DNA of 63,876 nt, filler included, from Candidatus Tectimicrobiota bacterium (GCA_016193065.1; 8 parts of 8 records of this genome joined end to end with filler, not necessarily neighbours in it); one strand, 5' to 3'; shown: positions 20,375 to 31,561, counted from the first letter of the whole stretch. Translations and numbers: made by a program. The notes: generated from the letters alone by a model not told the origin.

Positions 20375-21822
20375 TTGATCTCCTCATTGATTCCCGCCAG
20401 CTGCATGGCGAGAGCACGGCACCGCCTCACGTCCGCTTCCCGGTAAATGGTGAGCTTCTCGGCCTCGATGGAGCCCTCGGCGTGAACGGCCAGTACTTCC
20501 TGGTACCCCCCAAACTCGGAGGCTGTCAGATCCCGCACCAGATTCATGGCCTTGAGGCGAGTTTCGGCAGACACCCCTTTCCGGCCCCCGAGGAATTTAC
20601 GAATGTAGTCTCCAACTTCCGGAGCCTGAACATCCTCCTCACCCGGACCCGTCACCAGGAGCCCTCCACTCAGATCCTGGACGAGAGACACAGCCCGGTG
20701 GTAGTTCGAGGCAAAATGCCACTTGGCCAGGTTGACCAGCAGGACGCTGGGAACGGCAACCCCTGGATCCAGCACCCGGCATTCGTGGGCCGCCATTCGG
20801 GTCAAAGCTCGCAAGGTTTCCGCATAGGCCACCAGCCACGTCATCTTCTCCCGCACGTGACCAGCCCTCTCGATGCCGTTAATCTCAGAGAGAAGCTGCC
20901 CACATCCCACCAGGAGGTCCACCAGGGGAAGTTTGTAGGAAACCGCCGTGAAGCGGTGAAATTCCACAAACGCCTTGGCCAACACTCCCGCGTGCTGCCA
21001 CTCCCCGTTGAGGAATACCCGTTCCCAGGGAACGAACACATCGTCAAAGACCGTGAGGGTCTCCACCATCTTGTGCCGTGAGCTGATAGGATGCTCGAAA
21101 GCGTTCTTGGGGCTGTCACCATACGGGCTGGCAATCAGAGTCAGGCCCGGAGTAGCGACCGGTAGAGCAAACGCCACGGCGTAGTCACGGTCTTTTTCCT
21201 GCAAGGCCCGGGTCGGCAGGACGATGATCTCATTGGCATTGACGGAGACCGAGGTGTGGATCTTGGCACCGCGGACCACGATCCCCTCTGAAGTTTCCCG
21301 AACCTTATGGACATAATAGTCGGGATGATCCTGCTCGGAAGGAGAGAGGCTGCGGTCCCCTTTAACGTCTGTCTGGGCCACCGCCAAGGCCAGATCCTGA
21401 TCCCTGCATCGAGAGCAAAAGCTCTCCACTCGTTTCAGGTAGCCTGTTCCCAGCAAACGGTCCATCTGACTGGCGACAATGTGCAGGGCAAAAAGGGCAT
21501 CCGTGCCGATCTCTTTAATGAGTACCACGAGGGTCCCTCCCCGGGCCGTAGCCTTCTCGATGAGGGTGCTGCGGTCCCGCAAATCCTGGGCGGATCCGGG
21601 AATGTGATAGTAACGGCTGATCCTGCGCCCATCCGGAAGGCTCACGGTGGCCAGGTCCCGGGTAGAAGGGTCCTCAGCCATCTCATAGTCAATTGCGGCG
21701 TGATCCACCGCAATCCGGAGCGCCGGGTGGATCGTCACATCCTCTACTCTTGCCCCCCGGTAGTGAATCTTCCGGCCGTCTCTCAAGCTCTGACGATACT
21801 CTGACGGACTCCTCAAGCTCAC
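20371..21822 (-). CDS. 4-hydroxyphenylacetate 3-hydroxylase / 4-hydroxybutyryl-CoA dehydratase family protein
   Basis: YRQSLRDGR, QTDVKGDRS, VRGAK, VFDDVFVPWERVF. Confidence 0.88.
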   Translation of the reverse strand: MSLRSPSEYRQSLRDGRKIHYRGARVEDVTIHPALRIAVDHAAIDYEMAEDPSTRDLATVSLPDGRRISRYYHIPGSAQDLRDRSTLIEKATARGGTLVVLIKEIGTDALFALHIVASQMDRLLGTGYLKRVESFCSRCRDQDLALAVAQTDVKGDRSLSPSEQDHPDYYVHKVRETSEGIVVRGAKIHTSVSVNANEIIVLPTRALQEKDRDYAVAFALPVATPGLTLIASPYGDSPKNAFEHPISSRHKMVETLTVFDDVFVPWERVFLNGEWQHAGVLAKAFVEFHRFTAVSYKLPLVDLLVGCGQLLSEINGIERAGHVREKMTWLVAYAETLRALTRMAAHECRVLDPGVAVPSVLLVNLAKWHFASNYHRAVSLVQDLSGGLLVTGPGEEDVQAPEVGDYIRKFLGGRKGVSAETRLKAMNLVRDLTASEFGGYQEVLAVHAEGSIEAEKLTIYREADVRRCRALAMQLAGINEEIK

Positions 21823-21871
21823 GGTCTCCCCCTAGGCTCTTCCCTCACACCTCCGGAAGGTTTGATGCGCA

Positions 21872-22027
21872 TCAAGACCCCGGAAATGCGGGAATGCCGA
21901 AAAGCCCTGCGGCATTTAAGGTCAGTTGACGCGTGGCGTCCTCATAGGAGATCCTTTTAAGGTCGGCAATTTCCGCCGCCACCCGGGCGACCATCCAGGG
22001 CTCCGAATGGACGTCCCACAAGCACAT
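21872..22027 (-). pseudogene. tatD: TatD family hydrolase remnant (large internal in-frame deletion, 51 aa)
   Basis: MCLWDVHS (TatD-like N-terminus) joined to EPWMVARVAAEIADLKRISYEDATRQLTLNAAGLFGI (TatD C-terminus); the ATG overlaps the bioD stop. Confidence 0.7.
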
Positions 22028-22692
22028 TACTCCTCCAGCAGGGGAGTGAGATCCAGTTCCGCTTCTTCCTGCCCGTACCCGACCACTCCGAGCAAGGGTT
22101 CGGGCATCAGGGATCTCAGAACCTGCGGATTCGTGTGCGCTGCCTTGTCCGGAGGGGCGGGATGGTTGAGGATCACCCCGAGCATTTTCAGACCCCGGTA
22201 CCGGGCTACCTCAAGGGTAAGTAATGTCTGATTGATCGCACCGAGGCGGGACCCTATCACCAGCAGGAGAGAGAGACCCCAATCTCTGGCCAGATCGGCA
22301 AAAGTATATCCCCCGATTAGAGGAACCAAAAGTCCCCCCGCCCCTTCCACAAGAAGCAGAGGATGGCGGAGTCTGAGAATATCAAAACTCTGGCGGAGAC
22401 GCGCCAGATCGATCTGGATGCCCTCCTGTCGGGCCGCCTCGGAGGGAGCCAGCGGGGCCTCGAACCGGTACGGATTGATGAGATCCAGGGGGTCAGAAAC
22501 CAGAGATCCGATGCGAAGTTTTTCCGCATCCTCTGGAATTAAGTGATCGCCCGATTTAGCACAACCGGTCTCGACAGGCTTCATCACCCCGGCAGAGGTC
22601 CCTTTGCGGAGCAATAATTTCAAAAGCAAAAGAGCCACGTACGTTTTACCCACTCCGGTATCCGTCCCCGTGATGAAGATCCCCCCTCTCAC
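22027..22692 (-). CDS. bioD: dethiobiotin synthase
   Basis: ITGTDTGVGKT, KPVETG, VEGAGG, LGAIN. Confidence 0.96.
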   Translation of the reverse strand: MRGGIFITGTDTGVGKTYVALLLLKLLLRKGTSAGVMKPVETGCAKSGDHLIPEDAEKLRIGSLVSDPLDLINPYRFEAPLAPSEAARQEGIQIDLARLRQSFDILRLRHPLLLVEGAGGLLVPLIGGYTFADLARDWGLSLLLVIGSRLGAINQTLLTLEVARYRGLKMLGVILNHPAPPDKAAHTNPQVLRSLMPEPLLGVVGYGQEEAELDLTPLLEE

Positions 22693-23521
22693 TCTGCCCC
22701 CCCTAAAACGGTCTGGATTGAATCATAGGTGACCCGCAGGAGCTGATCCAGCTCCGTTTCAGCAATGGAGAGGGGGGGCATCAGAACAATCACGTTCCCC
22801 AGCGGCCGCAACACCACTCCCCTGCGCCTGGCTTCTTGGATCACCCGGATTCCGACCTTCTCCGGCGCGGGGAACTCCTCTTTCGTCCCCGCATCCCGGA
22901 CGAGTTCGATACCGGCCACAAACCCAAGCTGGCGGATGTCGCCAACCCACGGGAGCCGCCGGAATCGAGACAAGCCCGATCCCAGGTGCTCGATTTTTCT
23001 CTGCAGGTGATCGAGAGTTCTCTCTTGCGCGAACAGATCCAGATTTGCCAAGCCCACGGCGCACGCCAGTGGGTTCCCCGTATAAGTGTGTCCATGAAAG
23101 AACGACTTCAGCTCATGGTACTCACCGAGAAAAGTCCGGTAAATCTCCTCGCTGGCCAAAGTTGCCGCCAGCGGCAGGTATCCCCCGGTGAGACCCTTGG
23201 CCACCGCCATCAAGTCGGGGCAGACCTCCTCGTGCTCGCAGGCAAAAAGCCTGCCGGTGCGGCCAAAGCCCGTGGCGACTTCATCCACAATCAGGAGTAC
23301 ATCGAACCGCCGGCAGAGGTCGGCGATCCGTTTCAGGGTTCCAGGAGGAAAGACAATCATCCCCGCAGCTCCCTGAACGAGAGGCTCGGTAATCACGGCG
23401 GCAATCTCCTGATGGCGGGTCCGGAGAATCCGCTCCAATTCCTCCAGGCAGGCAATTCCGCACTCCGGATAGGTCTTCTCCAGGGGGCAGCGGTAACAGT
23501 AGGGAGCCATCGCCCGTAAGG
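22689..23521 (-). CDS. bioA: adenosylmethionine-8-amino-7-oxononanoate aminotransferase (5' partial)
   Basis: EPLVQGAAGM, DEVATGFGRTG, AKGLTGGYLP, FFHGHTYTGN; adjacent to bioD. Confidence 0.94.
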
Positions 23522-23621
23522 NNNNNNNNNNNNNNNNNNNNNNNNNNNNNNNNNNNNNNNNNNNNTTAATTAATTAANNNNNNNNNNNNNNNNNNNNNNN
23601 NNNNNNNNNNNNNNNNNNNNN
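23522..23621. other. artificial contig spacer (N run with TTAATTAATTAA); also at 30929-31028, 35888-35987, 42032-42131, 46812-46911, 56297-56396, 60770-60869
   Basis: Identical 100-bp N/six-frame-stop linkers; genes are truncated at these edges. Confidence 0.97.
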
Positions 23622-23729
23622 TGGACTTCTCCTCCTCTGAAGAAGAGGTAACTCTTCACCGGGTGCAAGGTCAATAGTCCAGGTACTCCATTTTCGTAGT
23701 GAAAAAGGAGGAGTCTTTCGCACCGTCCC

Positions 23730-24311
23730 TCAGCCTTCGGCCAACTCCTGGCCGAGGACCCGGCGGCTCTCCTCGGAGAGAAGAGCGCGCTCCATGTAAT
23801 TGGGGTGATCGATGAGGAGAGCAACTGGCTCCGGACTTTCCCGAAAAGCCCGGATCCGTTCCGGGGTCAGGCGGAACTTGACGTAATGCACGGCGCTGAG
23901 CCGGTCTTCCCGGTAGGTGCCCGGCTGGAAGATCGCCTGGACTCTCTCGCCTCCGATCTCAAGGAAAACCTTTTCATTCACCCCGATCAGGTCATTGAGG
24001 ACCCCGCGAATGCGGCTGGAATCGTCCAGCTCCACAAACAAAGTGGCGCTCAACTCTCCCGACCCGGGGATTAACTCGTTGTAGGTTTCGATCTCGTGGG
24101 CAATGCCCTCTTCCTCCACAATCCGCTCGGCCCGCATCATCTCCTGAATTTGAAAGCGCACGGTGTCCCGATTCTCAAACACGACGGTGATCAGAGGTCC
24201 CACGAAAACCCGCCTCAGTTTCTTGAGGGCAACGATCTCCCGGCGTAACGGGACGCGCTCCTTCTCGTAGGCAATGATGTCCTTGATGTCACTTCGCCTG
24301 AGCTTTTCCAT
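23730..24311 (-). CDS. DUF3501 family protein
   Basis: KKLRRVFVGP...FENRDTVRFQIQEMMRAE...YNELIP...SAVHYVKF. Confidence 0.9.
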   Translation of the reverse strand: MEKLRRSDIKDIIAYEKERVPLRREIVALKKLRRVFVGPLITVVFENRDTVRFQIQEMMRAERIVEEEGIAHEIETYNELIPGSGELSATLFVELDDSSRIRGVLNDLIGVNEKVFLEIGGERVQAIFQPGTYREDRLSAVHYVKFRLTPERIRAFRESPEPVALLIDHPNYMERALLSEESRRVLGQELAEG

Positions 24312-25584
24312 TCCTTTCTTCCCCCTCCAGTCCATAGGCCCGGGCCACCAGCAAGATCGGGTGCACCGCTTTCTGGCCCGTCCCCTGGGTAATCTGCTTC
24401 TGGGCCAGAGAACAGTCACAGGCCACAAGCGAACCCGAAGATTCGCGAACCCGGGAATAGAGCTTCCCGCCAATCTGGTGGGAAAGCTCATGGTACTCCC
24501 GCTTCATGCTCCAGGTGCCGTCGTGTCCCGAACACTGGGTCACGCAGCCCACTTCCCTCTCCGAGATCAGCGCCAACAAATCCCAGGATTTGCGACCGAT
24601 GTTCTGGACCTGCAGATGGCAGGGGTGGTGATACAGGATTCTTTCCTGGAGAGGAGTCCAATCCCGCCGCAGCTTCCCTTGCGCATTGAGTCGCATCAGG
24701 TACTCGCACAGATCTTGGGTCTGGCTGGCCACCTCCCGGGCTTCCGGAGAGGATAAGAGCTCAGGGTATTCCTGGCGCAGCATGAGGCTGCAACTGGGTC
24801 CCGGAGAAACGATCGTGTATCCGGCCCGCACGTACGGCAGAAGCGCTTCCACATTATAGCGGGCGCGCTTCACAGCCGCCTGGAGATTCCCGGTGTCGAG
24901 ATAGGGCATCCCGCAACAGCGCTGGGCAGGGCAGACCACCTCGACTTCGTTGTGCTCCAGGACCCGCACGGCGGCTTGCCCCACTTCGGGTTCGTGGTAG
25001 TTCACCAAACAGGTATAGAAGAGCAGCACCTTCCCGTTGGCGCCCGCCCGGGCCCCTTCCTGGCGGAGGCGGCGCCGGTGCCAGGCCGCAAAGGTCCGGG
25101 GGCTGAAGGCCGGCAACACGGCCCGCCGGTGGATCCCCACCACCTTCTCGAGCAAACGGCGGGTGACGCCGAGACGGTTGATCCAGTTCGCCAGAGGCGC
25201 CACGGGAGTCCCCAGGCGCCCCAGGCGGTCCGGATCCTCGAGAAGGCGCTCCCGGAGACCCCGGCGCCCCCACAACGCCCGGGCCCAGATCATGAGACGG
25301 GGAAAATCGAGCTGGTAGTTATGGGGAGGAGTGTAGGGACACTTCGGAAAGCAGAGCTTGCAGTCGTAGCACAGCAGCACCACGCTCTTGAAATCACCCT
25401 TGCTCAGGTTCTCAACCGCTTCCTCCTTCTCGTCGATCCGCCGGAACAGCTCGCGAAAGGAGGGGCACAAATTAAAACAGAGGCGGCAGCCGTGGCAAAT
25501 GTCCCCCACCCGCCGCAGCTCGGCCATCAGCGCGGTCTCGTCCCGAAAGGCGGCTGCTGATGGACTGGGCACCCTGGAGGTCAC
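24289..25584 (-). CDS. Fe-S oxidoreductase (GlpC/HdrD-like, CCG domains)
   Basis: [33 protein letters not shown]. Confidence 0.9.
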   Translation of the reverse strand: MTSRVPSPSAAAFRDETALMAELRRVGDICHGCRLCFNLCPSFRELFRRIDEKEEAVENLSKGDFKSVVLLCYDCKLCFPKCPYTPPHNYQLDFPRLMIWARALWGRRGLRERLLEDPDRLGRLGTPVAPLANWINRLGVTRRLLEKVVGIHRRAVLPAFSPRTFAAWHRRRLRQEGARAGANGKVLLFYTCLVNYHEPEVGQAAVRVLEHNEVEVVCPAQRCCGMPYLDTGNLQAAVKRARYNVEALLPYVRAGYTIVSPGPSCSLMLRQEYPELLSSPEAREVASQTQDLCEYLMRLNAQGKLRRDWTPLQERILYHHPCHLQVQNIGRKSWDLLALISEREVGCVTQCSGHDGTWSMKREYHELSHQIGGKLYSRVRESSGSLVACDCSLAQKQITQGTGQKAVHPILLVARAYGLEGEERNGKAQAK

Positions 25585-26006
25585 GATTTCAAGGACTCCA
25601 GGGCTTTTGTGAAGCGTCCCGCATGGGACTTCTCGGCCCGGGCCAGGGTCTCAAACCACTCCGCAATCTCCTCAAACCCTTCCTGCCTCGCCGTCTTGGC
25701 AAACCCCGGGTACATCTGGGTGTACTCGTAGGTCTCCCCCTCCACCGCCGACTTCAGGTTCTTCTCCGTCGGCCCCACGGGAACTCCCGTGACAGGATCG
25801 CCCACCTCACTGAGGAAATCAAAATGCCCAAAGGCGTGCCCCGTCTCCCCCTCCGCCGTGTCCCGGAACACCCCCGCAATATCCGGATACCCCTCAATGT
25901 CCGCCTTGCGCGCAAAATAGAGATAACGCCGGTTCGCCTGCGACTCCCCCGCAAACCCCTCCTTCAAGTTCTCAACCGTCTTGGTCCCGCTCAGGTCCTT
26001 AGCCAT
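25581..26006 (-). CDS. rubrerythrin (short type without rubredoxin domain)
   Basis: [35 protein letters not shown]. Confidence 0.95.
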   Translation of the reverse strand: MAKDLSGTKTVENLKEGFAGESQANRRYLYFARKADIEGYPDIAGVFRDTAEGETGHAFGHFDFLSEVGDPVTGVPVGPTEKNLKSAVEGETYEYTQMYPGFAKTARQEGFEEIAEWFETLARAEKSHAGRFTKALESLKS

Positions 26007-26184
26007 GACCGTTCCTCCTCTTGGAGTAAGTTCCCCCCTTACGACTCTCTGAAGCCACTCTAGAAGCCACTGGGAACCGGGTCAATGATGCACGTACTTT
26101 ATTTTCCTACAATCCCCTTTTCATCCAGGCTGCTGCCGGATAGAATGAACGGCCGTACTTGACCATGCAAAACAGGAGGCTCGC

Positions 26185-27687
26185 GTGACCGTTGACCTGA
26201 TCCGGGATCAGGTGAGAAAGTGCTTGTATGAGCTCGAGACCGATTCCCGCCTGGTTCGAGCCGGCCTCAAAACAGAAGCACAATCCGCCGCCATCCTGGA
26301 GCGCTACCGCGATCTGCAATCCCTGCGGACTTTGGATTTCTTGCTCCAAGTCCAGGAACAGACGCAAATCCCCCGGGAGAGGGAGCGCAGCCGCCGCCTT
26401 TACTATACCTGCCTCTCTCTTCACCTGTACGGTCACGTGGCCCCCTTGAGCGACTCACTAGACACCCGGCTCGCGCAAACCGAAGTCCTGATGGATGGGA
26501 ACCCGGTCAACTATTTTGATCTTCCGATTCTGATCGAACGGGAGGAGAGCGCGATTGTCCGCGAAGATCTCGACAGGCAGCGCCTGCAAGTCGTCGAGGA
26601 CACCAACGACGTCCGGCTTCAGATGCTCCGGGAGGTTCTCGCCTGCCTGCAAGAGCACCTTCACCACAGCAGCTACCTGGAATACTGCCGGGCCAAAAAA
26701 AAGGTGGACTACGGCAAGCTGGCCGCTGCTCTGGAGCCGGCTATCTCCAAACTCGAAGGACTCTATCGGAAGCATATGGGCAACTGGCTGGCGCGCCACG
26801 ACTTGGGGGAGCTCGGCCGGATCCCCGAGTGCCACGTCCACTATCTTCTGGCCCTGCGCCCGCTCGACAAAGGCGGGACCCTTCCCCTGGAGAGGATCGT
26901 GGGGGGCGCACTGCAAGCCATTGGTCTCCCCCTATCCTCCTTTCCAAACATCCATCTCGACCCCCAGGAAAGACCCCAGAAAAACCCCCGGGCCTGCTGT
27001 TACAGCCTCTCAGTCCCTGATGAAATTCATCTCATCACCAAACCGACCGGGAGTCTGGTGGATTTCAACACGTTCCTCCACGAGTCCGGCCACGCCTTTC
27101 ACTACGCCTGCACCGGAGCCGATCTGGACTTCGAGTTCAAGAAACTTGCCCCTTCTTACGCCCTCACAGAGACGTACGCGTTTCTGCTGCAGAAGCTGTC
27201 CTGCGAGCCGGCTTGGCTGGAAGCTTTTCTAGGGGTCGACCGGCGCGACACCCGCACGATCAGCTACTACACGATCCTGAGCGACCTCTACCTGTTTATG
27301 CGCTACACGGCCAAGTTCTCTTACGAGACCGGCCTCTTCGGACAGGCTAGCGGCAGTCTGGCGGCGGCCCGCAACCTCTACCAGGAAACCCTCACCAACC
27401 GCACCGGGTTTCTCTTCAGCCCGGCGGATTATCTCAACGATGTGGACGAGGAACTCTATTCGGCGGATTATTTGCGGGCCTGGATCGGCGAGCGCCAACT
27501 CGCCCAACACCTGCGCCGGGAACTGGGCGAAAACTGGCCCTGCCGGGCCCAGACGGGTTCCGTGCTCAAGGCACTCTGGTCCCGGGGGGACCAGGAGGAG
27601 GTCGAAGATCTGCTGGGTTCCCTGGGCTTCGCTCCCTGGGACGCGGAACCTCTCATTTCCTGGTACCGGGATTCACTGGAAGGATGA
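26185..27687 (+). CDS. putative gluzincin (M3/M32-like) metallopeptidase
   Basis: HESGHAFH with a downstream ALTETYAF glutamate. Confidence 0.65.
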   Translation: MTVDLIRDQVRKCLYELETDSRLVRAGLKTEAQSAAILERYRDLQSLRTLDFLLQVQEQTQIPRERERSRRLYYTCLSLHLYGHVAPLSDSLDTRLAQTEVLMDGNPVNYFDLPILIEREESAIVREDLDRQRLQVVEDTNDVRLQMLREVLACLQEHLHHSSYLEYCRAKKKVDYGKLAAALEPAISKLEGLYRKHMGNWLARHDLGELGRIPECHVHYLLALRPLDKGGTLPLERIVGGALQAIGLPLSSFPNIHLDPQERPQKNPRACCYSLSVPDEIHLITKPTGSLVDFNTFLHESGHAFHYACTGADLDFEFKKLAPSYALTETYAFLLQKLSCEPAWLEAFLGVDRRDTRTISYYTILSDLYLFMRYTAKFSYETGLFGQASGSLAAARNLYQETLTNRTGFLFSPADYLNDVDEELYSADYLRAWIGERQLAQHLRRELGENWPCRAQTGSVLKALWSRGDQEEVEDLLGSLGFAPWDAEPLISWYRDSLEG

Positions 27688-27697
27688 AAGGGTCTCC

Positions 27698-28936
27698 ATG
27701 ACTTTGCGGATCCCTCCATTGCCTTTGGGAAAAAGAGGAACGGTGGAAAAGACGGTCAGGCCGGAAGACACGGCTGACTTTCAGGGGTACAAGGGCGTTC
27801 CCGTGCTCTCCACCCCTTCCCTTTTCTTGTGGATGGAACTGGCCTGCGCGGCTGCCGTCGAAGGACTGCTGCCGCCAGGTCTCAAACATGTTGGCACCCG
27901 CACGGAGGCCAGGCACCTGGCGGCAACCCCCATCGGCATCAAGGTGACGGCAGAGGCTGAACTCGTGGAGGTGGATGGCCGCCGCTTAGTCTTCCGCTGT
28001 CAAGCACGGGACCCGGTGGAAGTCATCGGAGAAGGGATCCACGAGCGCTGCATCGTGGACTGGAAGCAGTTTTGTCGGGCCCTAGAAGAAAAGGAGCAGC
28101 TTGGAAAGGAGAAAACCATGAATCGTGAAAGCACTGAGCCCCTGCAGGGGAACTGGGGGGTTATCTTGGGCGCTTCAAGCGGCTTCGGAGAGGCCACCAG
28201 CCTGGAGCTGGCCCGCCATGGCATGAACATCTTCGGCGTTCACCTGGATCGCAAGGCGACTCTCCCCAATGTGGAGCGGATCAAGGGACAAATCCAGGAG
28301 GCGGGTGGCAAGGCCGTTTTCTTCAACATCAACGCCGCCGATCCCGAGCAGCGCCAAAAAGCTCTGGACCAGATGCAGGAAAAGCTCCAAGAACAGGGGA
28401 ATCACGGAAGCATCCGGGTCTTCCTGCATTCTCTGGCCTTCGGTACTCTCAAGCCGTATTACGATGCGGACCCCGCCCAGGCGCTCACCGCCGCTCAAAT
28501 GAACATGACCCTGGACGTCATGGCTCACAGCCTGGTTTACTGGGTGCAAGACCTGGTAGCCCGCAAGATGATCGGCCGCGGCAGCCGGATCTTTGCCATG
28601 ACCAGCTCGGGAGGACAGCACGTGTTCCGAACCTACGGCGCCGTCTCGGCAGCCAAGGCGGCCCTGGAATCTCACATACGCCAGCTTGCCCTGGAACTGG
28701 CCCCTCTGGGAATCACCGCCAACTCGATCCGGGCGGGAGTTACAGATACCCCTGCCCTCCGCAAGATTCCCGGACACGAGCAGATGGTCGAGATGGCGCA
28801 GCGCCGCAATCCCAGCGGACGATTAACCACGCCTCAGGACGTGGCGACGGCCATCGCCGCCCTGAGCTTGCCGGCAACTCAATGGATGACGGGGAACGTC
28901 ATCGGGGTCGACGGAGGAGAGGACATCGTCGGGTAA
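27698..28936 (+). CDS. FlK-like hotdog thioesterase (27698-28117) in frame with an SDR/enoyl-ACP-reductase-like protein (28118-28936)
   Basis: VLSTP...ME..C...HLAATPIG...GEGIHER; then GASSGFG, YGAVSAAK, TDTPAL. No stop between them; internal AGGAG-ATG at 28118. Confidence 0.85.
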   Translation: MTLRIPPLPLGKRGTVEKTVRPEDTADFQGYKGVPVLSTPSLFLWMELACAAAVEGLLPPGLKHVGTRTEARHLAATPIGIKVTAEAELVEVDGRRLVFRCQARDPVEVIGEGIHERCIVDWKQFCRALEEKEQLGKEKTMNRESTEPLQGNWGVILGASSGFGEATSLELARHGMNIFGVHLDRKATLPNVERIKGQIQEAGGKAVFFNINAADPEQRQKALDQMQEKLQEQGNHGSIRVFLHSLAFGTLKPYYDADPAQALTAAQMNMTLDVMAHSLVYWVQDLVARKMIGRGSRIFAMTSSGGQHVFRTYGAVSAAKAALESHIRQLALELAPLGITANSIRAGVTDTPALRKIPGHEQMVEMAQRRNPSGRLTTPQDVATAIAALSLPATQWMTGNVIGVDGGEDIVG

Positions 28937-28948
28937 AGAGGCTCGGCG

Positions 28949-29548
28949 CTACTGCCCCCGGATTCGGCGGGGCACCCCCAAGTACGTGGCCTTGCGGTTG
29001 AGCTCTTCCTGCTGGGATTGGAGTTCCTTGAGCCTGGCCTCCTCTCCCGCGATTTCTTTCTTGTACTGATCATACTGCTCAATCTCGACCTTGCTGTAGG
29101 AAGACCCCATGCGGCGACCCCGCTCGAAGGCCTGGAGGTAGGTCTTTTTCTGAGTCACCTCGCTTTGGAGCTGCTGAACCTTTTTACTTAAATCCGAAAA
29201 TGCCTTCTTCCATTGCTCCTCGGTCTGTCCCCCGTAAGTGGTTGCCTCCTTTTCCGGCGCTTCCTTCGCTCCCGGAGCTTCTTTCCCGGCTGGCCCCGCT
29301 TCGGAGGGCTTCGTTCCTTCCGCCCCCTTGGCAGGAGCGCTCCCTTCCGGCGCTCCGAGCGGGCGCTGTTCCACCTGGGAGCGATACTGAGGAGGGATGG
29401 CATAGTAGTTGTCGCTGAAGTGAACCGTCCCCTTGTCATCCACCCATTTGTAGAGGGTCTGCTGTCCTCCCGCCGGAAGGGGAAGGACCGCCAAAGCCCC
29501 CAGAAGAACGACCGTGAACACGATGACTCCAGGCCACGTTTTGCTCAT
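28949..29548 (-). CDS. DUF4124 domain exported protein
   Basis: Signal peptide, LYKWVDDKGTVHFSD, coiled-coil C-terminus. Confidence 0.85.
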   Translation of the reverse strand: MSKTWPGVIVFTVVLLGALAVLPLPAGGQQTLYKWVDDKGTVHFSDNYYAIPPQYRSQVEQRPLGAPEGSAPAKGAEGTKPSEAGPAGKEAPGAKEAPEKEATTYGGQTEEQWKKAFSDLSKKVQQLQSEVTQKKTYLQAFERGRRMGSSYSKVEIEQYDQYKKEIAGEEARLKELQSQQEELNRKATYLGVPRRIRGQ

Positions 29549-29551
29549 CGC

Positions 29552-30928
29552 TTATTTCCTCATCTGCTCCCGGGCCCTCTGGAAGTGACGGGTGAGGGCG
29601 GGAACCAGAACCTTCCAGTCCCCCACCAGTCCCAAGGTGGCGTGCTGAAAGATCGGCGCTTTTGGATTGGTGTTAATGGCCACCACGTTGTCCGCACGCC
29701 GAATCCCGATCGCATGGTTAAATGCGCCGCTAATCCCGATGGCCAGGTAGAGCTTCGGAGAGATGGTCTTCCCGGTGAGCCCGACCTGCTGCTGGCGGAG
29801 GATCCACTCCTTGTCCACAACTTTGCGGCTGCCGCCGATCGGGGCATCCAGCACGCGCGCCAGCTCGGCAATCACGGGGAGGTTCTCGGGCCCGCCGATT
29901 CCCATGCCCACGGCGACCACAACCTCGGCGGTATCCAGGGCCATGGNNNNNNNNNNNNNNNNNNNNNNNNNNNNNNNNNNNNNNNNNNNNNNNNNNNNNN
30001 NNNNNNNNNNNNNNNNCCCGCACGAGACGGGTGGAAACGGGTTTTAGATCCGGAGTGAATTTCTCGACCGGCGCTTCCCTCCCTTCGACCGACGCCGGAG
30101 CCTTCAGGATCCCCGGGCGCATCGTGGCCATCTGGGGATCCGTGCGGGAAACAATGGGCGCCACGATGTTTCCCCCGAAGGCGGGCTTGAGCTGCACGAG
30201 CCTGCCTTCCGAATTGAGTTCCAGACCCACGCAGTCCCCCGTAAGTCCCAACCCCAGCCGGGCGGCAACCCGGGGGGCGAAGTCTCTTCCATCCGCTGTG
30301 GCCGGCACCAGAATCACGAAGGGCCTCTCTTTCTCGATGGCCGCCACTAGAGCCTGGGAATAGCCCTCACTGGAATACTCCCGCAGTGCGGGATGATCCA
30401 GCAGCAGGACCCGGTCCGCACCAGAGCTGCCCAGAATCCGGCCCGGAGCCGGCACACTGTTGCCGATCAGGACGGCAACGAGCTCACTGCGGAGCTGGGA
30501 AGCCAGCTCAAGTCCCTTTCCCAGAAGCTCGAAAGTTACCGGCCTTAGGTTCCCTCCGTAAGATTCCGCCACGACCCACACGGCCTTTTCGGGATCGTGG
30601 ATCTCCCGGTGTCGGATAACTTCTTTCCTGGTCTGGTCGGCTTCCCCTTGCCAGCGGCCAAAAAGCCCCTTTTCCGAAAGGCGGCGGACGAGTTCCGCGG
30701 CGGCCGCGTCGGGATCCTCCGCCGGGATCATCACGGCGGCGCGCTTGCTCTCCACGCTGTAGATCCGCTCGACCCGGGTTGGAGAACCGGCCGCTCCAAA
30801 GACCGAGAGATCCGAGGAGAGCTCCGCCGCCGTCAGGCGGGAAATGGGTTTCTCCCGGGCTGCCTTGAGATCTTCCGGGGTCACCCGCTTGGGAAAAATC
30901 AGGCGTTCGGCCGCCGTCAAAAGAGCAG
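29552..30928 (-). CDS. fused electron transfer flavoprotein beta/alpha (5' partial, internal N gap 29947-30017)
   Basis: ETF-beta C-terminus (GAAGSPTRV) is continuous with ETF-alpha (GRDFAPRVAARL, QQVGLTGKTISPKLYLAIGISGA). Confidence 0.85.
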
Positions 30929-31029
30929 NNNNNNNNNNNNNNNNNNNNNNNNNNNNNNNNNNNNNNNNNNNNTTAATTAATTAANNNNNNNNNNNNNNNN
31001 NNNNNNNNNNNNNNNNNNNNNNNNNNNNC

Positions 31030-31518
<489 letters not shown>

Positions 31519-31532
31519 GGGAAACAAAATTC

Positions 31533-31561
31533 TTGACATGAATAGGTAGTTTTGTCATCAT
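31533..31561 (+). promoter_or_regulatory. putative str operon promoter
   Basis: TTGACA-17-CATCAT with a TG extension. Confidence 0.5.

Noticed and set aside
23522-23621. Recurrent TTAATTAATTAA motif within N runs as a biological repeat
   Set aside because: Artificial six-frame-stop contig linker. Adjacency across these spacers carries no synteny information.
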